Shown here: positions 56,930-64,000 of the stretch, in pieces
How the letters are laid out: the number at the start of each line of letters is the position of its first letter
Numbering within the stretch: the first letter of the stretch is position 1
Assembly: GCA_964446735.1 (NCBI GenBank)
Contig: CAYUQB010000001.1
Coordinates: 444,460 to 508,459, forward strand
DNA: 64,000 bases
Direction of reading: 5' to 3'
DNA from: an uncultured Candidatus Saccharibacteria bacterium
GTDB lineage: Bacteria; Patescibacteriota; Minisyncoccia; Phycocordibacterales; Phycocordibacteraceae
Notes under the pieces: model-generated
What the model was told of the DNA's origin: nothing
Seen by the model: the letters and a program-made list of their open reading frames with translations, nothing else
Database searches by the model: none
Program-made: the position numbers and the translations under genes

Positions 56930-56944
56930 TATTCGCACAAAAGA

Positions 56945-56973
56945 AAAGACCCCAGGTGTTCCTGGGGTCTTTT
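56945..56973. terminator. Bidirectional terminator gaccccagg-tgtt-cctggggtc with A-tract upstream and T-tract downstream, between rpsR(+) and efp(-)
   Basis: Perfect 9-bp stem flanked by aaaa / ttttcttt, seen in the sequence. Confidence 0.6.
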
Positions 56974-56984
56974 CTTTGTACGCA

Positions 56985-57560
56985 CTATGCTTTGCTCACT
57001 CGCTCAACGTATTCACCAAGCTCGGTATTAATGCGTAGTACATCCCCAGGATTGATGAAGAGGGGAGTGAGTACCGTTGCGCCGCTCTCGAGGGTCACCA
57101 GCTTATTGCCGCCTGTTGCGGTGTCACCCTTCACGGCAGGCGGAGCATCAGTCACTTTAAGGTCCACCTTGATGGGGATCTCCACCGTAACCGGCTTGTC
57201 GTTATAGAGCATCATCTCGACAGGTGCGTTTTGTGTAAGCCACTGAATCTTGTCGTGAACCGCTTCTTCAGGGAAGGAGAAACGATTCTTTGGATTGCCC
57301 GCTTCACTGAACCAACTCTCACCACGATTCGTGTACAGATATACTGCATCCATGCGAGAGATGTCGGCCTCAGCCGCAGTCTCACTTTGATGGAAGCTGA
57401 TCTCAAGCACCTTGCCGGTAACCAGGTGGCGGAGCTTTGTCTGGTTCACGGGCTTGCGCTGCTGCATGCGGAACACGTGAGAAGAGAGGACCTCATACGG
57501 TTCGCTGTTGTAGACGATCACTTTCTTCTGGGTGATCTCGTTATACGAGAGAATTGCCAT
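56985..57560 (-). CDS. efp: Elongation factor P
   Basis: MAILSYNEITQKKVIVYNSEPYEVL...KLRHLVTGK... is the EF-P signature (191 aa). Confidence 0.9.
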   Translation of the reverse strand: MAILSYNEITQKKVIVYNSEPYEVLSSHVFRMQQRKPVNQTKLRHLVTGKVLEISFHQSETAAEADISRMDAVYLYTNRGESWFSEAGNPKNRFSFPEEAVHDKIQWLTQNAPVEMMLYNDKPVTVEIPIKVDLKVTDAPPAVKGDTATGGNKLVTLESGATVLTPLFINPGDVLRINTELGEYVERVSKA

Positions 57561-57605
57561 AATTCGGGTACTGCGACGTTTCCGCCAGCTCGTTAGTTAT
57601 AAAAA

Positions 57606-58214
57606 ATGCCGGAGGTCCGGATTGAGGGTATGATACAAGACATCATGCGCTTTTCAAGCGACGAACTTACTGCCCTCTCAGACGAAGAGGTATTACGCCT
57701 TTCTCGCAAGGAACCGGCGGCTTTTGAGGTCCTGGTTTCGCGCTACGAAGATGCGTTTCTCCGGAAAGCCCGTTCCATCCTGTACTCAAAGGAGGATGCA
57801 GAGGAGATCGTACAGGATGCCTTTACCCGCATCTATGTATATGCCGACCGCTATCAGCCCCAGGAGGGCGCTCAGTTCTCCTCATGGGCGTACGCCATCC
57901 TGACTCGCCTGGCCTTTACTCGATACCAAAAGCTCGCCAAACACCGGAAGATAACCGCACCGCTTGAGGCCGAGACGTATGAGCGTCTTCCTGACACGAG
58001 CGACTTTCGGGACGAACTGACGGTTAAAGATGAAGTGCTGGTCGCTCTGGCCAAGATTCCGGAATCGGCTGCACGAGTACTACGTCTCCAATTCCTTGAA
58101 GGTAAGACGCAGGAAGAAATTGCAGTGCTCGAGCAATCAAGTGTCTCAGCTGTGAAGACTCGAGTACACCGTGCTAAGAAATTATTCAAACAAGCCCTCG
58201 ACGAAACCTCGTAA
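57606..58214 (+). CDS. RNA polymerase ECF-type sigma-70 family factor
   Basis: Region 2 (EEIVQDAFTRIYVYADRY...FSSWAYAIL) and region 4 (VLRLQFLEGKTQEEIAVLEQSSVSAVKTRVHRAKK). Confidence 0.8.
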   Translation: MPEVRIEGMIQDIMRFSSDELTALSDEEVLRLSRKEPAAFEVLVSRYEDAFLRKARSILYSKEDAEEIVQDAFTRIYVYADRYQPQEGAQFSSWAYAILTRLAFTRYQKLAKHRKITAPLEAETYERLPDTSDFRDELTVKDEVLVALAKIPESAARVLRLQFLEGKTQEEIAVLEQSSVSAVKTRVHRAKKLFKQALDETS

Positions 58215-58221
58215 CTCTACT

Positions 58222-58548
58222 ATGGAATCTACTTCGACCATTTCTCGCACCGTGATGCGTCGCGTGCATACCATTCATGCCATCCAGCCGCTATTTTCGG
58301 GTACGGCGTTTGCAAGCCTGCTCCTTCTCGTTGCCCTCTGGGGTATTGGAAGGGAAGTATGGGTTGCGCATGTTATCCAAAACATGTCTTCGCTCACCGA
58401 TGTTATCGCTCTCGAGCGATTTATCGTCGCCGCATTCCTCAATACCGGGCTTCTCGTGCAGGCGCTCTCGATTCTCACGCTCGCCGCAGCCGTTTGGCTT
58501 GTGCGGGATGGAGTCCGCTCTCTTGAGTACGCACGTCGTATTGCCTAA
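58222..58548 (+). CDS. Putative anti-sigma factor / small membrane protein cotranscribed with the ECF sigma
   Basis: Overlaps the sigma gene's 3' end. Has 2-3 TM helices. Confidence 0.35.
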   Translation: MESTSTISRTVMRRVHTIHAIQPLFSGTAFASLLLLVALWGIGREVWVAHVIQNMSSLTDVIALERFIVAAFLNTGLLVQALSILTLAAAVWLVRDGVRSLEYARRIA

Positions 58549-58551
58549 CCG

Positions 58552-59607
58552 TTATTCAGCAGCGAGTCGATCCTTGACCTGCTTCAGGATGTCGCTCGCA
58601 ACCTTCGGGTTCTCTCGAAGGAATGTGCGGGTTGCGTCATACCCACGTCCAAGTGGAAGATCTCCGTATTTATAGCTCGAGCCGGATTTCGAGAGGATCT
58701 CGTATTTCTCACCGAGTGCGATGAGCTCACCCTCACGACTAATACCTTCATTGTAGAGAAGGTCGAACTCGGTGGTCTTAAACGGTGCAGCCACTTTATT
58801 CTTCACGACTTTCACGCGTACGCGTCCACCGACAATCTCCTCACCCTTCTTGATCTGCGCAATCCGGCGAATATCAAGGCGTACTGAAGTGTAGAACTTA
58901 AGCGCCTTACCTCCCGGGGTAGTCTCCGGGTTACCGAACATAACTCCGATCTGCATGCGGATCTGATTAATGAAGATGACGATGGTCTTTGACTTGGCGG
59001 TGATGGCAGTGAGCTTACGGAGTGCTTGGCTCATGAGGCGTGCCTGCTTACCGACATGATGCGCTCCCATGTCACCCTCGATCTCGTCCTTCGGGGTCAG
59101 GGCAGCTACCGAGTCCACTACAATGATGTCGACTGATCCCGCGCGTACCAGGGACTCGACGATCTCGAGAGCCTGCTCACCGGTGTCAGGTTGGCTAATG
59201 AGGAGTTCGGAAAGCTTCACCCCAATATTGCGAGCGTAGCCAGGGTCTAGTGCATGCTCAGCGTCGACAAATGCACAGATGCCACCCTTTTTCTGGGCCT
59301 CTGCGATTGCATGCAATGCCAGCGTCGTCTTACCGGAAGACTCAGGACCAAAGATTTCAATAATGCGTCCGCAAGGAAGACCACCAACTCCAAGAGCAGC
59401 ATCAAGCCCGATGGAGCCGGTCGAAATAGCTGGGATGGCCGCAGGTTTGCCGGCGCCGAAGGTCATGATTGCCTCGTCGCCGAACTTTGTCTTGATCTCT
59501 TTGATGGCAAGCTCTATTGACCGAGTTTTGCTGTCAGCACCCCCCTCGTTCGGTTCGTGGGCGGAAGTGGCTTTGGCGGTCTTCTTCGTAGCTTTTTTTG
59601 CAGGCAT
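58552..59607 (-). CDS. recA: Recombinase RecA
   Basis: [52 protein letters not shown]. Confidence 0.9.
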   Translation of the reverse strand: MPAKKATKKTAKATSAHEPNEGGADSKTRSIELAIKEIKTKFGDEAIMTFGAGKPAAIPAISTGSIGLDAALGVGGLPCGRIIEIFGPESSGKTTLALHAIAEAQKKGGICAFVDAEHALDPGYARNIGVKLSELLISQPDTGEQALEIVESLVRAGSVDIIVVDSVAALTPKDEIEGDMGAHHVGKQARLMSQALRKLTAITAKSKTIVIFINQIRMQIGVMFGNPETTPGGKALKFYTSVRLDIRRIAQIKKGEEIVGGRVRVKVVKNKVAAPFKTTEFDLLYNEGISREGELIALGEKYEILSKSGSSYKYGDLPLGRGYDATRTFLRENPKVASDILKQVKDRLAAE

Positions 59608-59621
59608 AACGAGGGCGTTGG

Positions 59622-59945
59622 TTAGGGTACGAATATCATGCGACGTGCGCTTGCGGTCTTCCCGAAGCGATCAGTTGCCGTTAGGGACAGTATAGCGCCC
59701 CCTCGTGGGAGCACGAGAATGGTCTCAAAGCGTCCTGCGGCGTCAATAAGGAGGGGAGCTCCGTTCAGACTGAGTTCCTCAGAGTGGCGGGCTGTGCCTG
59801 AAAGAGTCACAAACCCATCGGTAAAGGCTTGTCCCTCCTGGGGGGAGGTGAGAACGATCTCTGGCCCCGCTATCAGAGGAAACGCCTTATAAATACCGTA
59901 GCTACCGAGCAGCACGAGGATAATGGCGGTTCCAATGCGTAGCAT
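59622..59945 (-). CDS. Hypothetical small secreted or membrane-anchored protein
   Basis: 107 aa, N-terminal hydrophobic segment. Lies downstream of ftsK. Confidence 0.3.
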   Translation of the reverse strand: MLRIGTAIILVLLGSYGIYKAFPLIAGPEIVLTSPQEGQAFTDGFVTLSGTARHSEELSLNGAPLLIDAAGRFETILVLPRGGAILSLTATDRFGKTASARRMIFVP

Positions 59946-59947
59946 GA

Positions 59948-62101
59948 CTAGAACTCATCAGTACCGGCCTCAGTAGGAGACTTGATTCGGGCGCTGATGA
60001 CTTCGCGCGGTCGTGAGCCGTCAGCAGGGCCGATCACACCTTTTTGTTCGAGAATATCCATGAGGCGCGCAGCCCGTGAGTAGCCAATCCGCAGTTTACG
60101 CTGTAGATAAGAGGTCGAAGCGCGTCCCGCCTCTTCAACTGCAGCTTTCGCATCGTCGTACATGTCATCATCCGCATCATCGTTGCTATCGAAGCCTCCC
60201 ATGGACATGACGTCGTTTGGTTCATGGCCAGTGCCAGATGCTCCGGCACCCAGATCAAGTGCATCGAGCGAGCCAGCGTTGTGCTTTTTGATGTAATCAA
60301 CCACTTTCTTTACCTCTGTCTCAGCGATGAAGGCGGTTTGGAGGCGGACCGGCTTTTGCATATCAGCCGAGAGGTACAGCATGTCGCCGGCACCAAGGAG
60401 TGATTCGGCACCGGGGCCATCAAGAATGGTCCGGGAATCGATCTGGCTCGCTACTTGAAGTGCCATACGGGTCGGGACGTTTGCCTTAATGAGACCCGTG
60501 ATGACGTTTACCGATGGCCGTTGGGTAGAAAGAACGAGGTGAATACCCACAGCACGTGACATCTGTGCCAGACGGACAATGCTTGCCTCAAGCTCGCGAG
60601 GATACGTTTGCATAATATCGGCGAGCTCATCGATCACGATGACAATGTAGGGCATTGCCTCAGGGATATCGGTTTTCGATTTCTTTTTCGCTGGCTCGAC
60701 CACGGTTTGGTGGTATGACTCAACGTCACGAACACGCTCCTGCTCAAGGATGTTGTAGCGACGGTCCATTTCCTTGGCCGCCCACTTGAGCGCCATGATG
60801 CACTTCTTTGGATCGGTAATGACGGGAGTAAGAAGGTGAGGGATGCCGTTATAAAGCGTAAGCTCGACACGCTTCGGGTCCACCATAATGAAGCGCATCT
60901 GGTTCGGACCGTTTCGGTAGAGGAGGGAAGTGATGAGTGCGTGGATGGCAACCGATTTACCGGACCCAGTCGCACCAGCAACAAGTCCATGGGGCATTTT
61001 CGCTATGTTCACGTAGTGAGGTACACCGGTGATATCTCGACCGATTGCTGCCAGAAGTGGCTTTTTAGAGGCACCCCAATCGGGGGAGGAGAGAACTCCG
61101 CCTAGACCGACTGTCGCTTTCGATGCGTTTGGCACCTCGATTCCAACGAGGGACTTACCAGGAATCGGCGCTTCGATGCGTACGGGATGGGCAGCGAGCG
61201 CGAGTTCCAGGTTATTTTGGAGGCTTACGATCTTATTGAGACGCACTCCCTCAGCTGGCTTTATGGCGTAGCGGGTGACGGTCGGACCAACCGAAACTTC
61301 GTCCATTTCGACCGAAATACCAAAGTTCTGGAATGTGCGCTTAATGATGTTGGCATTTGCTTTGATGTCGCCTACGCCAGGCTTCCCACGATCCTCACCC
61401 AGAAGTGATAGTGGAGGCGGGTGATATTCGGCATCAAAGTTTGCGATTGCGGGAGCTCCTCCGGGTGCCTCGCGGGGCCGGTCAAACATAGTCACTACGG
61501 GCTCACGATCGGTCTGGACCTGCTCAACTTCAGGCTCCTCCACCGGTTCATAAGGAGGCTCCTCTTCTCCTGTCGAGTCCTTTTTCGGCAGGGAAGGGAG
61601 TTTTACATTACCAAGAGTGGATGCGGCTCCGTTAGCGAGTGATGAGAGTGCTCTGGCTATGACAACAATATCGGCTGCCACGATGAGTCCAACCGCAGCA
61701 AGGGCCAAAAGGAGAATGACTGCACCCCACACTCCAAAGAGTTGCGTGGCTGTCTGGCCGGCAAATGCCCCGGCAGCACCACCTAGTGCCGCTGAAGCGA
61801 TCCCAAGCAGGGTCAGGAACGCCACAACAATAAGAGCCAGTCCGATCATGGTGAGCGGTGATAGGAAAGAGCGCTGCAGGGCGAGTCCCGTTCCGGTTCC
61901 AATTAGGATGATCGGTAGAAGAAAAGCGGCCACACCAACCTCCGCGAAGGTCCAAGAGAATATGGCGCTCCCGGCATATCCAGCCAGGCCGAATACCGCA
62001 AGTGCAAGGACAAGGCCAAACGCAATACAAAGGATAGCGGCGGTCCATCGAATGGCCGCCTTGGTATTTTCAGCGTCTCGCTGCTTACGTTTTTTTGCCA
62101 T
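59948..62101 (-). CDS. ftsK: DNA translocase FtsK/SpoIIIE
   Basis: N-terminal multi-TM region; motor domain PHGLVAGATGSGKSVAIHALITSLL...; C-terminal gamma domain (YLQRKLRIGYSRAARLMDILEQKGVIGP). Confidence 0.9.
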   Translation of the reverse strand: MAKKRKQRDAENTKAAIRWTAAILCIAFGLVLALAVFGLAGYAGSAIFSWTFAEVGVAAFLLPIILIGTGTGLALQRSFLSPLTMIGLALIVVAFLTLLGIASAALGGAAGAFAGQTATQLFGVWGAVILLLALAAVGLIVAADIVVIARALSSLANGAASTLGNVKLPSLPKKDSTGEEEPPYEPVEEPEVEQVQTDREPVVTMFDRPREAPGGAPAIANFDAEYHPPPLSLLGEDRGKPGVGDIKANANIIKRTFQNFGISVEMDEVSVGPTVTRYAIKPAEGVRLNKIVSLQNNLELALAAHPVRIEAPIPGKSLVGIEVPNASKATVGLGGVLSSPDWGASKKPLLAAIGRDITGVPHYVNIAKMPHGLVAGATGSGKSVAIHALITSLLYRNGPNQMRFIMVDPKRVELTLYNGIPHLLTPVITDPKKCIMALKWAAKEMDRRYNILEQERVRDVESYHQTVVEPAKKKSKTDIPEAMPYIVIVIDELADIMQTYPRELEASIVRLAQMSRAVGIHLVLSTQRPSVNVITGLIKANVPTRMALQVASQIDSRTILDGPGAESLLGAGDMLYLSADMQKPVRLQTAFIAETEVKKVVDYIKKHNAGSLDALDLGAGASGTGHEPNDVMSMGGFDSNDDADDDMYDDAKAAVEEAGRASTSYLQRKLRIGYSRAARLMDILEQKGVIGPADGSRPREVISARIKSPTEAGTDEF

Positions 62102-62219
62102 CGTTCATTCATTTTATCACCCGTATGTGGACAAACACTCCTCATCTAATCGGTAGCCGAGAAAGGTTGCAGGGCACCTCTTACGGACATATACTTGCGG
62201 CACAAAGGACAAAGATTTC

Positions 62220-62990
62220 ATGGACAATAATGGACACAAAAAGGACATTAGACCGATGCAGCAAACCCGTGAAAATAACGGAATTGATACATTTGTCCTA
62301 GAGAAAGATATATTTTCAAACGTATTTGATAAAGACATAAAACGAGTTTACATATACAAGAAGGCTGAACGTCTGGCGAAAGCCATTCACCTTATTGGGC
62401 CGGCATTTCGTTCCTCACCCTCACTTTTCGCTCGTGTGGACTCTATAGCCATTGGTCTGGTGGACGCGGCGACCCTCCCACCCACAACCTGCCGCGAGGC
62501 ACTCTCACGTGAACTACTTGCACTCTCGAGTGTGCTCGCGATTGCTCGAAGCAGTGGTCTACTTTCTCCAATGAACACCGATCTGATTTCACGAGAGGCT
62601 CATGCACTTTTGTCAGAAGTTGCTGGTTACGAGGAACCGCAACTGCGCATTGAGGATGTCCCGACCCTCGCGTCACTTTTCAAAGTAGCGGCAAGTACTC
62701 CCGCAACGCTTGCCGACCCAGCAAGACACGCACAGAAATCTAAAGGACATATAAAGGACACAAAAGGACAGCAGCTCGGAGAAGATAGGTCCGGAAGGCG
62801 TGATGCCATACTTTCAGTTCTAAGAGCAAAGGGTGCTTCCTATATAAAGGATATTTCGACGGTTGTTCGAGACATCGGCGAAAAGACTATCCAGCGCGAG
62901 CTCTCACAGCTAGTTGCTGATGGTCTGGTTGAACGGTCTGGTGAACGTCGTTGGACACGCTACAGCCTGGTCAGCGGAGGGAGCCTCTAA
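62220..62990 (+). CDS. Hypothetical protein with a C-terminal winged-helix DNA-binding domain; the alternative start at 62256 is plausible
   Basis: The C-terminus ...ILSVLRAKGASYIKDISTVVRDIGEKTIQRELSQLVADGLVERSGERRWTRYSL is wHTH-like. GGACA direct repeats overlap the 5' end and one internal site. Confidence 0.45.
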   Translation: MDNNGHKKDIRPMQQTRENNGIDTFVLEKDIFSNVFDKDIKRVYIYKKAERLAKAIHLIGPAFRSSPSLFARVDSIAIGLVDAATLPPTTCREALSRELLALSSVLAIARSSGLLSPMNTDLISREAHALLSEVAGYEEPQLRIEDVPTLASLFKVAASTPATLADPARHAQKSKGHIKDTKGQQLGEDRSGRRDAILSVLRAKGASYIKDISTVVRDIGEKTIQRELSQLVADGLVERSGERRWTRYSLVSGGSL

Positions 62991-63071
62991 AGAGTGAAGG
63001 GTTCATTGACGAACGGTCGCGTTTAGGCTACTGTTTGCTTGTGATGACTCGGGGAGTCGGGAACACATAAG

Positions 63072-63099
63072 AAGGCCACCGCGGTTTCGCGGCGGCCTT
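63072..63099 (+). terminator. Terminator-like hairpin aaggccaccgcgg-tttcg-cggcggcctt after the wHTH gene
   Basis: 12-bp stem with one mismatch. T-tract is weak. Confidence 0.4.
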
Positions 63100-63119
63100 C
63101 TTCGTGTCCGGATTTTCGG

Positions 63120-63128
63120 TTATCCACA
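63120..63128. promoter_or_regulatory. Perfect consensus DnaA box TTATCCACA
   Basis: Exact 9-mer seen in the sequence. A single isolated copy, so significance is doubtful. Confidence 0.2.
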
Positions 63129-63556
63129 TTGGTTTTAGCGGGTTTTTTGCTAATCGTTCGCTATACTGCCTACCATAGGCTGATACGAACTGGGGCGATT
63201 ACCCGAACGACCGATCGTTGACAAGCGAATAGGGCTTGTAAAAATCTGCCGCGCTGTAAGAAGGCGCAGGCAGTGCCGTCACCGGCTACGGTGGCGGTTC
63301 GGAAACGGTTGACATGATACTGATGACGGATGATTTCGGAATGAAATAAATCTTTGCCAACTAGCCGATGGGACGCGCGTCGATATTGCGCCCTGTCGGG
63401 TAGTGTGAAAGGGAAGTGCGAACTATGAACGCGATGCATTAGATCTACGGATCCGTGTCGCGCGATTACCAAAATATGAATGGGAGCGTGTGGGGAAGCA
63501 CCATTACTAGACGCGGCCCCCCGCGCCTCAGAAAATTAATTAGAAAACAATCTTAT

Positions 63557-64000
63557 ATGTCTATTGCACAGACCAATACGATCGCCAAGGTCGCGGCAGT
63601 TGTCGCCGGCCTCGGACTCGTTGCGATGTCGTTTGTTGCCGCCGCTCCGGCGAAGGCAGCTACCACGTTCATGACTGACCTTACGGTTGGTTCGACGGGT
63701 GCCGATGTTACGGCACTTCAGACGTGGCTCATCGCTAAGGGCTACAGCATCCCAGCAGGTGCCACTGGATACTTCGGTATGCAGACTAAGGCAGCTGTTG
63801 CTGCATACCAGACCGCGAAGGGCATTGCCCCGACCGCTGGTTACTTCGGTCCTAAGACCCGTGCTTCGGTTAACGCTGACGGCGGCACCACTGGTGGTAC
63901 TACCGGCGGCACGACCGGCGGCACTCTCTCTGGCGCAGGACGTCTTACCGACGTCGGCGATGCAGGCGATGTCGAGAGCGATCTCGATGAGGGTGATGAG
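63557..64000 (+). CDS. Secreted protein with a peptidoglycan-binding (PG_binding_1-like) domain, 3'-truncated by the window edge
   Basis: Signal peptide (MSIAQTNTIAKVAAVVAGLGLVAMSFVAAAPAKA); LQTWLIAKGYSIPAGATGYFGMQTKAAVAAYQ (PG-binding repeat); then a GGTTGGTTGGT linker. No stop codon before nt 64000. Confidence 0.6.
   Translation, partial: MSIAQTNTIAKVAAVVAGLGLVAMSFVAAAPAKAATTFMTDLTVGSTGADVTALQTWLIAKGYSIPAGATGYFGMQTKAAVAAYQTAKGIAPTAGYFGPKTRASVNADGGTTGGTTGGTTGGTLSGAGRLTDVGDAGDVESDLDEGDE

Noticed and set aside
62129-62770. GGACA repeats as a CRISPR array
   Set aside because: The repeat unit is only 8 nt, spacing is 10-56 nt and irregular, and part of the array lies inside a coding region. 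Not CRISPR-like.
63120-63128. Perfect TTATCCACA DnaA box as an origin marker
   Set aside because: Single isolated copy; about 0.5 expected by chance in 64 kb. No clustering or AT-rich DUE nearby.
63170-63472. 100 aa minus-strand ORF in the long leader upstream of the PG-binding gene
   Set aside because: No start context, odd composition, and it overlaps the putative leader RNA. Treated as non-coding.

Overview
This 64 kb window is a gene-dense stretch of about 50-55% GC. It has no rRNA, CRISPR array or transposase, and looks like core chromosome from a small-genome bacterium; lineage guesses below are inference. The gene content resembles a Patescibacteria/CPR-type organism: many compact housekeeping genes, type IV pilus machinery, a peptidoglycan-binding secreted protein, and rplK followed by no rplA.

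The window opens inside dnaA and runs through dnaN, a class A PBP, ruvC-yebC-ruvB, a PilB/GspE-family ATPase, tsaE-polA, a holA-like gene, a NUDIX hydrolase, murE, ruvA and rpsT. It continues with a zur-zupT pair, then a sugar-nucleotide and nonulosonic-acid cluster (NeuA-like, RmlA-like, RmlB, a Glf-like::NeuB fusion, an epimerase), ruvX, a CsaA-like protein, pilM/N/O, a dNK-family kinase, acyP, rluA-family, rplS, mscL, a SIMPL protein, and secE-nusG-rplK. A folate/thymidylate neighbourhood follows: two CofE-like genes flanking folA, a 5-FCL, dcd, thyA and glyA. Then come argS, ileS, recO, a DUF11-repeat surface protein, glyQS, an AI-2E transporter, metG, tatD, rpsF-ssb-rpsR, efp, an ECF sigma factor with a putative anti-sigma partner, recA, ftsK, and at the right edge a partial secreted protein with a PG-binding domain. 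I call ten tRNA genes.

The observations I rate highest:
- ileS carries an inserted histidine-phosphatase (PGM-like) domain of about 180 aa.
- A UDP-galactopyranose-mutase-like FAD domain is fused to a NeuB-type nonulosonic acid synthase.
- Three separate ~65% GC islands encode hypothetical proteins, one of them a Cys-rich secreted protein driven by a consensus promoter.
- Two CofE-family (candidate FolC2-type) genes sit inside the folate cluster.
- A candidate Zur operator lies upstream of zur.
- A periodic array of GGACA repeats lies at and inside a wHTH gene.
- A ~400 nt candidate structured leader lies upstream of the PG-binding protein gene.
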